Shown here: positions 48,442 through 60,305 of the stretch, in pieces
Position numbering within the stretch: position 1 is the first letter of the stretch
Layout of the letters: every line of letters starts with the position of its first letter
Origin: Octopus sinensis
Lineage: Eukaryota
DNA length: 64,000 nucleotides
NCBI RefSeq assembly: GCF_006345805.1
Contig: NC_043017.1
Span: forward strand, 32,364,001-32,428,000
Direction: 5' to 3'
Made by a program: the position numbers and the translations under genes
Notes under the pieces: generated by a model
The model's input: the letters and a program-made list of their open reading frames with translations, nothing else
What the model was told of the DNA's origin: nothing
Database searches by the model: none

Positions 48442-48817
48442 AACCATTTAGCATTTAAACTGCCCATATCTTCAAACTGGTCATACCGTACAGAGTCATT
48501 TTAAAAATAAATAATGACATCATTGAAATCTCAAAGCTACAGAATAATGCATCATTAATTTAGAATGATGTAAATATATAAGCATTATGTGTGAAACTGT
48601 AATCTGAATACTGAAGGTTTAAAAACATGTAGTTAGTTACATATAGAACTATATGTAATATAAAATAGTTCAGTGGATTTGAGGGGGCAAAACTCCAACC
48701 AGGAATTCATATTCACACATGCACGCATCCATGCACACTCACTTTGTATCCATGTCACCCAGTAGCACTAGAAGGCATTGAAAAATCTTTCCCTTCCCTG
48801 ACTTGAAAGATTTATGG

Positions 48818-48963
48818 TGTTCAACTAGTGGCACTTTATCAGCCCCGAAAGGAGGAAAGGCAAAGTCTGTCTAAGCAGAGTTTGAATTTCAAATGTGAAA
48901 CAAGAAGAAATGCTGCTAAGCATTTTGTCCATTGCAGTAAGGATTGTGGCAGCACACTGCCCT
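48818..48963 (-). mobile_element. SINE family D/B-like, diverged
   Basis: ccccgaaaggaggaaaggcaaagtc...ctaagcattttg. Confidence 0.55.
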
Positions 48964-48990
48964 AATAATAATAATAATAATAATAATAAT

Positions 48991-49046
<56 letters not shown>

Positions 49047-49095
49047 AATAATAATAATAATAATAATAATGATAATAATAATAATAATAATAATA

Positions 49096-49127
<32 letters not shown>

Positions 49128-49277
49128 AATAGTAATAGTAATAATAATAATAATGAGATGATGATGATGATGATAATAATAATAATAATAATAGTAGAAG
49201 TAGTAGTAATAATAATAATAATAATAATAATGATGATGATGATGATGATAATAATGATGATGATGATGATGATGATG

Positions 49278-49327
<50 letters not shown>

Positions 49328-49551
49328 TAATGATGATGATGATAATAATGATGATGATGATGATGATGATGATGATAATAATAATAATAATAATAGTAAT
49401 AATGAGAAGAAGAAGAAGAAGAGAAGAAGAAGAGAAGAAGAAGAAGAAGAAAAAGAAGACGAAGAGGAGGAGGAGGAGGAAGAAGAAGAAGAAGGGGGAA
49501 AGAAGAAGAAGAAGAAGAAGAAGTAGAAGAAGAAGAAAAGATGATGATGAT

Positions 49552-49582
<31 letters not shown>

Positions 49583-49670
49583 TGGAAGAAGAAGGGGGGA
49601 AAGAAGTAGAAGAAGGAGTAGAAGAAGAAGAAGAAGAAGAAGAAGAAGAAGAGGAGGAATAAGAAGAAGG
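48964..49670. repeat. (AAT)n/(GAT)n/(GAA)n/(GAG)n compound microsatellite
   Basis: Directly visible. Confidence 0.95.
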
Positions 49671-49949
49671 AAAGAGAACAGCAGCCATTTCCTTTATCAA
49701 AGCCTTGTTCTTATCATTGCAATTCCCTTAGTAAGCTTTGCCAACAGTAATTACATGGATTTTAATTACCTAGCATAAATTTATATCATTTCACTTATCT
49801 TACGGATTCTCGAAATTTACATAAATTTATCCAATGTCACCATATGTTAACTCATTTCTCTTTCATTTCACGATTGCAAACAGCTAAGCCAGGAGGCAAT
49901 CCTGCCTTTTATATTTTTACATCTTAGTCAGATGTGTTAGGGAAATCAT

Positions 49950-50220
49950 TGTTAGTGTGTTCCTTCTTGAGCCATGCCTAGCTCATAAGGGCCAGTTTCC
50001 CAGTTTCTGTCGCAGGTGAGCTGCAAGATGCAGGAGGAAAGAGTGAGAGAAGGTTGTGGTGAAAGAGTCAGCAGAAGTTCGCCATTACCTTCAACCAGAG
50101 CCGCGTGGAACTTAAGGTGTTTCGCTCATAAACACACACGTCACCCGGTCTGAGATTCGAACCTGCGATCACTCGACCGCTTGTCCGCTGCTCTAACCAC
50201 TAGGCTATGTGCCTCCACAA
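49950..50220 (-). mobile_element. SINE family F (tRNA-like head)
   Basis: Minus strand tagcctagtggttagagc (A box) ... ggttcgaatctc (B box), followed by a non-tRNA body. Confidence 0.75.
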
Positions 50221-50300
50221 TCATTGTCAGTGGTGAGATGTTATTCTTAGACCTGAGACATAGAATGAATGCTTGCAACAGAGGAAAGACTTGGCTTACC

Positions 50301-50902
50301 ATACCTATTTCTTTACTACCCACAAGGGGCTAAGCACAGAGAGGACAAATAAGGACAGAAAAACGATTAAATCGATTACATCGACCCCAGTGCGCAACTG
50401 GTACTTAATTTATCGACCCCGAAAGGATGAAAGGCAAAGTCGACCTCGGCGGAATTTGAACTCAGAACGTAACGACAGATGAAATACCCATTTCTTTACT
50501 ACCCACAACGGGCTAAACACAGAGAGGACAAACAAGGACAGACACACGGATTAAGTTGGTTACATCGACCCCAGTGCGTAACTGGTACTTATTTAATCGA
50601 CCCCGAAAGAATGAAAGGCAAAGTCGACCTCGGCGGAATTTGAACTCAGAACGTATCGGCAGACGAAATACCTATTTCTTTACTACCCACAAGGGGCTAA
50701 ACACAGAGAGGACAAACAAGGACATACAAACGGATTGAGTCGATTACATCGACCCCAGTGCGTAACTGGTACTTATTTAATCGACCCCGAAAGGATGAAA
50801 GGCAAAGTCGGCCTCGGCAGAATTTGAACTCAGAACGTAGCTGCAGACGAAATACCGCTAAGCATTTCGCCTGGCGTGCTAACGTTTTTGCCAGCTCGCC
50901 GC
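50301..50902 (-). mobile_element. SINE family B head plus three tandem bodies
   Basis: Units start at 50306, 50489 and 50673 (183-184-nt period); single head at 50857-50902. Confidence 0.95.
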
Positions 50903-51604
50903 TTTAGTTTCCCATACCAAAGACCAAAAAGTGGTGGTGTTAAACCAGAACAAGTTAGGTCCCCAAACTCCTCCTAATCTGTTTACTTTGCTCTCTTTTC
51001 TAAACTTACCCCAAATTTAATTTACTGTAGTAATATGTTCATTATTGTTATTTTACACATGAAATAACGTCTGATACAATCACTTTAGTCAATTGAGGCA
51101 AACACCTGAGCAATGAAGCAAGCAAACACATACTCCCTCTCTCTCTCCCTCTCTCCACCTCTCCCCACTCTCTCTCCACCTCTCCCTACTCTCTCTCCCC
51201 CTCTCTCTTCTCACTCTATAATGACACATAATAAAGGCAGTTTTAATTTCTGCCTCCGTTTCAACTACATTTTATGTATTATGCAACTGAAATCACGGCA
51301 TGTGTGATTAATGGCATTAATTAGTGTATTCATTGAACTTGAAAGGAAGCAGATATTGTGCTGGTCTGACATTAAAGAAAATAGCCACTTACTGAATTAT
51401 ACATTGAAATCCATGCATTAAATTAGTATTTTTATAATGTGTTTGAAATCATTTACATTTTATCTTTAATAATTATTATTATCGTTTTTGTCTGGACAAG
51501 TACTGCATACCTTCTCTATTCACACATCACATTCCTTCCTCACACACATGCACACATGCACACATACGTACATATAGAAATACGTACACATACACATGCA
51601 CATT

Positions 51605-51750
51605 GTCATCATCATCGCTTAACGTCCGTCCGTTTTCCATGCTAGCATGGGTTGGACGATTGTGACTGAGGGCTGGCGAACCAGATGGCTGCACCAGGCT
51701 TGATCTGACTGAGTTTCTACAGCTGGATGCCCTTCCTAATGCTAACCACA
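51605..51750 (-). mobile_element. Family C repeat, 3' part
   Basis: catcatcgcttaacgtccg...ggatgcccttcctaatgc. Confidence 0.8.
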
Positions 51751-51924
51751 TATATACTCACACACAAGCACATATGTTATATATATGCCTTTTTTCTTTT
51801 TATTTTTACTGGCTTCACCCAGAATTTGGGGCCATGCTGGAGCACTGCCTTTTGGTGGAGTAGTGAGTCGGATGGTGGTGTTCTGCTTTTTGCCTCTTGC
51901 TTCAATATGGATTCGTCTGGTATT

Positions 51925-52161
51925 GGCGGCGAGCTGGCTGAAGCGTTAGCACACCGGGCGAAATGCTTAGCGATATTTCGTCTGCCGTTTCGTTCTGAGT
52001 TCAAATTCTACTGAGGTCAACTTTGCCTTTCATCCTTTCGGGTTGATAAATTAAGTACCAGTTATGCACTGGGGTCGATGAAATCGACTTAATCCGTTTG
52101 TCTGTCCTTGTTTGTCCCCTCTGTGTTTAGCCCCTTGTGGGTAGTAAAGAAATAGGTATTT
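51925..52161 (+). mobile_element. SINE family B, full length, ending gaaataggtatttc
   Basis: Head, core and tail. Confidence 0.9.
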
Positions 52162-52184
52162 CAGATAAAAATTTATCCTAATTC

Positions 52185-52572
52185 TATTTGAAATCCTCCT
52201 TATCTGCACCTCACAAATTTCTGAGGTTGTTCAGCAGAATGTTGAACAGTTGTAGACTGTTGAAACCCAAGATCTTCCAGTACTGGATTTTCCAGTGATT
52301 TCCAAGGTCACACAATTTGTGACATATTATCCCAAGATCGACTTTTTCAAAGGCCTTGGCAAAGTCAAGATACATGACATCAACATTTAAGTGGTTGAGC
52401 TGCTGTTTCAGTAGTAGCTGAGTGAGGTGGCTCCTCTCTGGATGTCAGCAGTGTTGTATGTTTGTGAGCAAGTTATTTTCTTCCAGGAATGGGATCAGCC
52501 TTCTTCTGACAAAGTGTTCCATGACCTTGTTAACATGTGAAGTCAGAAAGACAGGCCTGTAATTTTTAGCAT
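52185..52572 (-). mobile_element. CR1/L2/Jockey-group LINE RT fragment with internal deletions
   Basis: KNYRPVFLTSHVNKVME...NNLLTNIQH...VDVMYLDFAKAFEKVD. Confidence 0.8.
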
Positions 52573-52601
52573 GGACGTCTTAATCCATGGACATCTTAAT
52601 C

Positions 52602-54400
52602 CATTTACCAGAATTTGTAGATAAAGAGATAGTACTTGTTAGCTTTGACACAACTAGTCTCTACACAAATAATCCCCTTACAAATGGACTAGGGGCAGTA
52701 GAATTCTGGATAAACTAACACCCACAAAGAATTCAGGAGAGATTCTCAAAAGAATTTATACTGAAAGGTTTTCAGATAGTACTGGAAAATTACTTCTTTG
52801 ATAACTGATATTATCTACAAATACAAGGCACTGTGATGGGGACAAAAGTCACACCAACATTTGCAACTCTAGTAACGAGATACCTAGAAGAAAAATTTAC
52901 ATCCTATCCAGAACTACTTTTGACCATTTCCAAACCTATCTTATGGGAAACTGGAAAAGATTCTTAGATGATTGTTTCATATTCTGGAACTGAAGTAAGG
53001 AGGACCTTACAAAATTACTTAAATTTACAAATAGCATTCATGTCTTAATCTAATGCACTATGGAAATGATTGAAAAGGAACTCCCCTTTCTGGATATTCT
53101 GATAATTAAAGAAAATGAGACAGTTAGAACTTACCTATACAAAACAAACATAGACACACACCAATACGTAGATTTTAGATCTTGCCACCCTTCCCATACA
53201 AAAAGGAACACATAATTTAATATGGCAAAGTGCATATGCTCAATAGTCACAGATACATTTAGATGAGAGAAATGACTGACAGAACTTAATATATTCCTTC
53301 AGGAACAAAGATACCCCAACAAATTAATTCAACATGTTATAACAAAAGCAAAGGAAATCCCAATCTCTACCTTATGGAGAAACACTAAGGCTAGATGTGA
53401 AAACAAAAATACAAATACAAATATTCTATTTGTAGTCACCCACAATCTTAGAAACCACATCTTGCACTCAGCCAAACGACACCTCTCAATTATATATCAA
53501 TCACCAAATCCCCAATGAATAATTAAAAAATCACAAATTATCAACTGTGTAGGTGCAGGAGTGGCTGTGTGGTAAGTAGCTTGCTAACCAACCACATGGT
53601 TCCGGGTTCAATCCCACTGCGTGACATCTTGGGCAAGTGTATTCTGCTATAGCCCTGGGCCGACCAGTGCCTTGTGAGTGGATTTGGTAGACGAAAACTG
53701 AAAGAAGCCTGTCGTATATATGTATATATATATATGTATGTCTGTGTTTGTTCCCCTAGCATTGCTTGACAACCGATGCTGGTGTATTTATGTCCCTGTC
53801 ACTTAGCGGTTCGGCAAAAAGAGACCGATAGAATAAGTACTGAGCTTACAAAATGAACAAGTCTCGGGGTCGAGTTGCTCAACTAAAGGCGGTGCTCCAG
53901 CATGGCTGCAGTCAAATGACTGAAACAAGTAAAAGAGTAAAAGAGTAAAAGAGTTGAAGACAAGAGATCTCTAACAAAGGCAAGATTCACATTTGAAAAA
54001 GAAACGATGGAAATAACCACCTGTGAAGAGCCCCGTTGTGAGACAGGTGAATTTATTGGGGGAGGGACAATCAGAAGATTCAAGAATGGGAAAGAATTAA
54101 AAGTGAAAGCAAACATGAATTGCAAAACAAAGAAAACCTTATCTACTACATCACATGTTAACAATGCAATGAAAACTACATTGGGAAGACAGGAAGGAAA
54201 CTGAGCAGTTGTGTAAAAGAGCATAAAAAACAAATTAGGGATTCATCTCTAAAGAATGTCCCATGCAGTGAACATCTGGATATCTGTGCAAATGGAAAAG
54301 TGAAAATATTCCCATTTTACAGAATAAGCAATGAAAATGTTCAACTACGAAAGGCAAAAGAAGAATTCTTTATAATAATTCTAAATTTGAAATTAAACTG
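52602..54400 (+). mobile_element. Decayed Neptune-type Penelope-like element (RT plus GIY-YIG), interrupted by SINE-A
   Basis: LVSFDTTSLYTNNP, YLQIQGTVMGTKVTPTFA, WKRFLDDCFIFW, LPFLDILI, CEEPRCET, NLIYYITC*QCNENYIGKTGRKL...EHK; multiple stops. Confidence 0.9.
53550..53953 (+). mobile_element. SINE family A, full length, inside PLE
   Basis: Head, TA tract and tail. Confidence 0.9.
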
Positions 54401-54913
54401 AAAATAGCCAACACTCCACATAATGAAAAACGGTAAAAGAAAATATTTATGACTAACTATGAAAGACAAAGGAAGAATAATTCCTGAAATCCCTCAGCCC
54501 GAAAATAAGCCGGAAATGATTAACACTACCGCTACTACGAAAATAGTACATTAACTAAGAACACAGGCGTTTGAATGGATTAATCAAAGTGCTTGCATGC
54601 ACCAGGAAAAATGATTTCTTCCCAAAAGTTTAGTAACACCCTAATAAAATATTCGATAATTTTTTTTTGAAAAATATTTTTTTTAAAATCCCCTTTATAT
54701 TTAAAAACTGTATTAAGTAATTTTCTGATTGTCTTTTAGTAGTTTCAGCTCAGAGCTGTAGCCATGCTGGGGTACCACCGTTTTGCTACACTGTTATTAC
54801 TGAGAGCCTCCTCTAATATATTGCACTTGGTGAAGAATGGAGTTTGATGTCTTTACCCTCATTTGCACCTTTTGCCCTGAGGTAGGTTCATATTATATAT
54901 ATATATATATATA

Positions 54914-55191
54914 TTTTCATTTAGAGATAGTTGGCCCCTTCATCCCACCATATAAACTTATTTGTTTAAAAAATTAAAATATAGTTTTTAGTATCAAACT
55001 ATGATAAAGTAATATAGAGGCCTGATGATTGGGGTTATATTTTAAGAAAGGTTCCAGCAAAACTCAGCATGGTTACGGAACCGGGAAATGAACCTCATGA
55101 AACACATGTAGCTGAGATATAAGTAGTAAGTATTTAAATTAAAATTCTTTTATATGGTGAAATGAAGTGGCCTACTATCTCTAAATGAAAA
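54914..55191 (+). mobile_element. 278-bp element with 43-bp terminal inverted repeats enclosing a hammerhead
   Basis: Arms 54914-54956 and 55149-55191 (4 mismatches); TA flanks. Confidence 0.8.
55018..55114 (+). ncRNA. Type I hammerhead with branched about 70-nt helix II arm (HHR family 7)
   Basis: aggc CUGAUGA uugggguu...aaccucau GAAAC acau GUA gcu; inner ggttcc/ggaacc hairpin. Confidence 0.7.
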
Positions 55192-55262
55192 TATATATTT
55201 CGTCATTGAGAATAATTTGAACCCCTATTATGCCGGAATCTTTATTCCCTAACAAATCAAAT

Positions 55263-55317
<55 letters not shown>

Positions 55318-55341
55318 TTTCATTTATTTTCTTTGCCGCAT

Positions 55342-55401
55342 TTATCACTGACGAAGGGAGGGTTCTTATGAACTAACCCTGAAATCGGTGCGACATGGTA
55401 A
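55342..55401 (+). ncRNA. Degenerate type I hammerhead (HHR family 8)
   Basis: uuauca CUGACGA ...aggguu...aacccu GAAAUCG gug CGAC A ugguaa; U16.1 appears as C. Confidence 0.5.
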
Positions 55402-55644
55402 TAACGGAAATTTTTAGAAATTTCTGTCGACCTTTTTCGAGTAGCGTGCTTATTGCTATAAATTATAATGGTTATGGACAATGTGTCTAGTTTCAGCATA
55501 TTTGGCATTAGAAATTTTTTTCGTTTGCCCTTATTTATAAGTTTATAAATTTAACCTTTAAAGGTATTTTTTAATATGCTGGCCATTGATAAAATTTTTT
55601 TTCGAAAAAATTTTATCCTACATTAGATGTAAATTTTATATATA

Positions 55645-55850
55645 AATGTGACCTCGTGTGTACCGTTGGCGATTTGTTTTTCTCTGTCTTCCCTTCTCTG
55701 GATCTTTCCTTCTCCTATGTTTCCGACGAAGAGCTCCGCTCGAAACGTTAAGCCCTCCTTCTTCCCTTCTTTCCTCAACGTCCAATAATACTTTATTTGT
55801 TCCACGTCCTCGCGTTGTTGTGTTTTTTTTGTGTTTTCTTGTTTGGATTA

Positions 55851-55853
<3 letters not shown>
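55645..55853 (+). mobile_element. pLTR family 6 copy with hammerhead at 55719-55753 (CCGACGA variant)
   Basis: Homologous to 45883-46097; 3' end in (TA)n. Confidence 0.75.
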
Positions 55854-55894
<41 letters not shown>

Positions 55895-55937
55895 TATATT
55901 CTAATATATACATATATATATATATATATATATGTAG

Positions 55938-55970
<33 letters not shown>

Positions 55971-56538
55971 TGTATTTATGTCTATATACTTATGTACACA
56001 CTAATGTTTATGGGTGTATGCTGGTGTGTTGAGCATGTATGTGCATATGTTAAATTATGATATATCACATCGCTAATACTTAGACTGTATTTGGAAAAAT
56101 TTCTCATGATGGAGATGCAATTATGTTTTGACAAGCCACGTGCACTTGCATGCCAAGAGAAAACTCAAGGGAACACATCGTAATTTCTCAGCAGGAGACC
56201 ATTGGGTTAGAATTTGTTGCAAATATCGACCTTGTTAATCCCTCTTCAGAATGAACTTAAGTCAGCATATTACTGAAAAAATGAAAACCTCATTACTTTA
56301 TAGAAATTGCATATTACTTACTCGAGTGTGTTGAGTTAACATGTTGGTTCTGTTTTGCCAAACATTAAAAAGTTTCTAAAGCACCAACACAGCAAGAAAA
56401 CTTCAAGTGTTTGCAAATTGGTTAGCACTAAAATGCAGAAAAAATATAGCAAGTTCATGCAGTAGAAAATGCAGATTATATTCTTCCAAAGCTTCGTAGC
56501 AAGACTGTGCTTTAAACATTATATTTTGTTAAGGAAGA

Positions 56539-56606
<68 letters not shown>

Positions 56607-56963
56607 CATCATCATCATCGTTGTTTAACATCCGCCTAAGCGTTGGATGGTTTGATAGGAACCAGCCAGTAGAAGCAGGCTGCTGTGTATGTGTATATAT
56701 ATATAAACATATATAAATTAATTTAGAGATAAAACCACTATTAGGCAAATCAAACAGTGAAAAACATAAACCAAAACATAGAAATAAAATTAATATAATA
56801 TACAAAATATATAAAATATAAAATTCGAAATTTAAATTATTAATTTAAAGTTAAAAATTTTAAATTATTAATTTATATTTTTAAATTTATATATATATAT
56901 ATATATATTATTAAATATATATAACTATCAAAAAGTATAAAAAAGTTTAATATAAGATAAAAA

Positions 56964-57004
<41 letters not shown>

Positions 57005-57005
<1 letters not shown>

Positions 57006-57377
57006 TAGCAGTATCGCCCGGCGTTGCTCAGGTTTGTAAGGGAAATAACTATAAAGCATTTTTAGAGAGTTATAGCCAAGAAATGGAAAAAAATGATGGT
57101 AAATTTTTTTTGAGAGTAAAAAAAGGTGGAGTTGCGTCCCCTAGACAGTTTGCGGTTTGTGTTTCTGATTCTCGACCCCATGTCGAATTTATCGATTTTT
57201 TTCAGAACTGGGGGAACTTTTCAAAATTTTCGCTGCGTTAGTTTTGAATTATGACATTGGGCTATGTGTGTGTCAAGTTTCATCAGAATTGGTTGAAAGC
57301 CGTGGTCAGGGTGAGGGTACAAGCAAACAGACACACAGAAACACGCACAGACAAACTGCCGTTTATATAGAGAGAGA
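57005..57377 (-). mobile_element. Non-autonomous Helitron-type element in a TA tract
   Basis: Minus strand A|TC start and CTAG|T end with subterminal gagcaacgccggg hairpin; shares about 100 bp of 3' end with 394-791. Confidence 0.8.
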
Positions 57378-57397
57378 TATATATAAACATATACATA

Positions 57398-57451
<54 letters not shown>

Positions 57452-57452
<1 letters not shown>

Positions 57453-57680
57453 TTTATTTAAAGCAGCAGAAAATTCAACAAAATCTGTTACTCTGAGTTT
57501 CTCGTTGCCGTTCATCAGACAGTTTTTGCTAGAAAAAACTGTCTGATGAACGGCAACGAGAAACTCAGAGTAACAGATTTTGTTGAATTTTCTGCTGGTT
57601 TAAATAAAGCATATTACTCTACCACTGGTATTTGAGTACTCTTTTTTCCACCTTGTTTCACATTTATGTGTTTACTCCGG
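57452..57680 (+). mobile_element. Fold-back pLTR-like element: 76-bp arms, 71-nt tail, hammerhead in each arm (HHR family 9)
   Basis: Arms 57452-57527 and 57534-57609; cugu CUGAUGA a cg GCAA cg a GAAAC ucaga GUA acag at 57539-57576. Confidence 0.8.
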
Positions 57681-57744
57681 TATATATATATATATATATA
57701 AGGTGATTAAAATCAAAATAAGCAACAAGGATATCCAGAGGTAA

Positions 57745-57831
57745 TGCAGTACGATCATGTCATGCAACTCCATTTAATTGAACAATGCAATCATTACATC
57801 AATTTAAAATGTAGAGCAATCTTCAGCTGCA
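57745..57831 (-). ncRNA. Degenerate hammerhead (HHR family 1), GAAAC mutated to GACAU
   Basis: ugcag CUGAAGA uugcu...ugcau GACAU gauc GUA cugca; helix I perfect. Confidence 0.6.
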
Positions 57832-58300
57832 CAAAGACATAGAATTTAATTAAATTAGAACAGATGGACACATAGTTGTTCTTTGTTTATCTCCTTAACT
57901 TCTTACGTCGCTTTGAACAGGTTGCTTTGAGACCGCGACCTGTTCACCGACAAAACTTCGTGCTGCATCAGGGAACAGGTCGCAGTCTCAAAGCGACGAA
58001 AATATGTTGACAAATTAAATTTAAATGTTGAAGTGAATCTAACGGTTTTTGTGTGTTTCCTAAATGGCGTATAAACACCCTCCACACTGCAATTGTTTTC
58101 GTTCCAGCACACGATCTCAGATCAGGTCACGTGCTATGCAAGTACATCTCTGTAATATATATATATATATATATATAATTTTTCCAGTATAAATTTTCTG
58201 TGCATTTTCTTTCTTTTTTTTTTACTATGATACCCATATGGAATTTTTATCAAACCTTTTCACTATACATACATACATACATACATACATACATGTGTTA

Positions 58301-58347
<47 letters not shown>

Positions 58348-58697
58348 TGTACATGGTGCTCATATTTTAAAAGCAAACTACTGATATTTTGAATCCTTCA
58401 TTAAGTCCTCATCAGTAATTTTGTGTTCATAAAGCCATTTCATGAGATAAAAGTGTTTGTATATATATATGTGTATATATTTACATATATACAAAAATAT
58501 ATACATATATATTATATAGGTAGATAAACATATACAAATATGTACACACAAACACACACACACATACGTCTCTTTATATGAATATATATATATACAATAC
58601 ATGCATACACATATACATACGCACACACGTACGAAGTTGAAACTGAAATTGTTTAAAAGCCAATAAAAGGCAAATTGAAATATGGGAGTTAAAACGG

Positions 58698-58829
58698 AAG
58701 TATGGAAGACAGAACAACAAATTGCACTTTACCTTACAATTCACAGATTTCTGCTGACAAAAGGGCATTAACCCCTCAACATAGAAATATCTGGTAAAGT
58801 GCAAATTGCTGTTCTGTCTTCCATACTTG
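58698..58829. repeat. 36-bp inverted repeat with 60-nt spacer
   Basis: aagtatggaagacagaacaacaaattgcactttacc and its reverse complement, 2 mismatches. Confidence 0.85.
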
Positions 58830-59012
58830 TGGTTTTTCATTCTTGTTTTTTTATTTTGCGTTGTATTGACTTTTGGACGACTTCAAAATGAACTTTAAAT
58901 ATAAGAGGATGCTTCACTTAAGCTACACTATGCTAATATGTGCCTGCACACGCATGTGTGTGTGTATGTGTGTGTGTGTGTGTGTGTTTGTGTGTGTGTG
59001 AGTGTGTGTGTG

Positions 59013-59395
59013 TTCTTTTACTGGTTTCAGTCATTTACCTGTGGCCGTGCTGGAGCACCACCTTAAAGGGTTATTTAGTTGAAGAAATCGACCCCAAGAC
59101 TTATCATTTATAAGCCTAGGACTTATTTTATCGATCTGTTTTGTTGAACTGCTAAGTTACAGGAATGTAAATACACCAGCATTGGTTGTCAAGCGATGGT
59201 GGGGTACAAACATAGACACATACACACATGAGCATGCATGTCGGGCTTCTTTCAGTTTCCGTCTACCAAATCCACTCACAAGGCTTTGGTGGACCCGAGG
59301 CTATAGTAGAAGACACTTGCCCAAAGTGCCATGCAGTGGGACTGAACTTGTCTGTCCCCTTTGTGTTTAGCCCCTTGTGGGTAGTAAAGAAAAAA
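59013..59395. mobile_element. SINE family A (minus) fused to a SINE-B tail (plus, 59349-59392)
   Basis: Family A motifs to gggactgaac, then tgtcccctttgtgtttagccccttgtgggtagtaaag. Confidence 0.8.
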
Positions 59396-59739
59396 AATAT
59401 TTTCTGTATATTTTCGGTGTTTATTGTACCCATGCATCATCCACACGCAAAAGCTGTTTTCCCTGTTGACCTTCCTCTGATATTGCTGCACCTCTTATGT
59501 GTCCATAGCTTACACTGGATACATACATACACACACACACACACACATACACACGAACACACACACACACACACACATATATGTATGCATTCTTTTATTC
59601 TTTTAATTGCTTCAGTCATTTGACTTTGGCCATGCTGACCTATGTTTCTTTTAGGCATACATAGGAATATTGTTAAACATATGAATATATAATATTCATA
59701 TGTACATGACTATGTATCAAGCTAGCTAGTTATCCCAGT

Positions 59740-60305
59740 TACCTGAGTTACCTTCTCCTAGAAGGATGCCCTAACAAATTCTAGGAGTCCTTCACTCCCA
59801 ATGGTTTAACCGCACGATCGGGTATTCAGTCCGATTATTTCTATGTCACCACGCATGATACAGCCTTAAGACATTTATTGGATGGCCGTTGACTCTCAAG
59901 AGTTCCTCCGCCCTTTGATGGGTTTTGATTTTCATCCCGAAGGGTGTCCAATAAACACCCTTCTCACGAAGCAAGCTTGGTGGGGTTGCCGGTTTAGTCA
60001 CCGACGACCCAATCATGCAACAGGTTGTACTGGGTTACATGTTACCAGTAGCACTCGAAAGTGACCTGATACATGATGGCTGCCCCCTTGTTATCGAGTA
60101 TGGCCATTGCACGAAGCTTAACTGTTACTGGTGCTGTGATCGAATGTGACTTTTTAACCCAGCTAAAGATCTACAATGTCTTGTACAGAATTGGCAGCTA
60201 AAACCTTTACTGGTAATAGCTGGCTGTAGTTGTAACTGGGCTTCATGTACCTTTGCATGTCGTTTAAGTCCTCCTGCTAAATTACACTCTCTTCCACATG
60301 CCTGA
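59740..60305 (-). mobile_element. RTE-like LINE remnant: two C2H2-like fingers and 3' end, followed by 5'-UTR-like sequence
   Basis: CQACGRECNLAGGLKRHAKVH and CQFCTRHCRSLAGLKSHIRSQH directly after (TATG)n with no splice acceptor; ctaggagaaggtaactc motif recalled from RTE 5' UTRs. Confidence 0.55.

Noticed and set aside
50130-50220. tRNA-like sequence with A and B boxes (also the heads of families A, B and E)
   Set aside because: No complete cloverleaf or acceptor stem, and each continues into a SINE body; called SINE heads, not tRNA genes.
58385-58415. CTGATGAGGAC on the minus strand, a hammerhead-like start
   Set aside because: No complementary helix II strand followed by GAAA, and no helix I.
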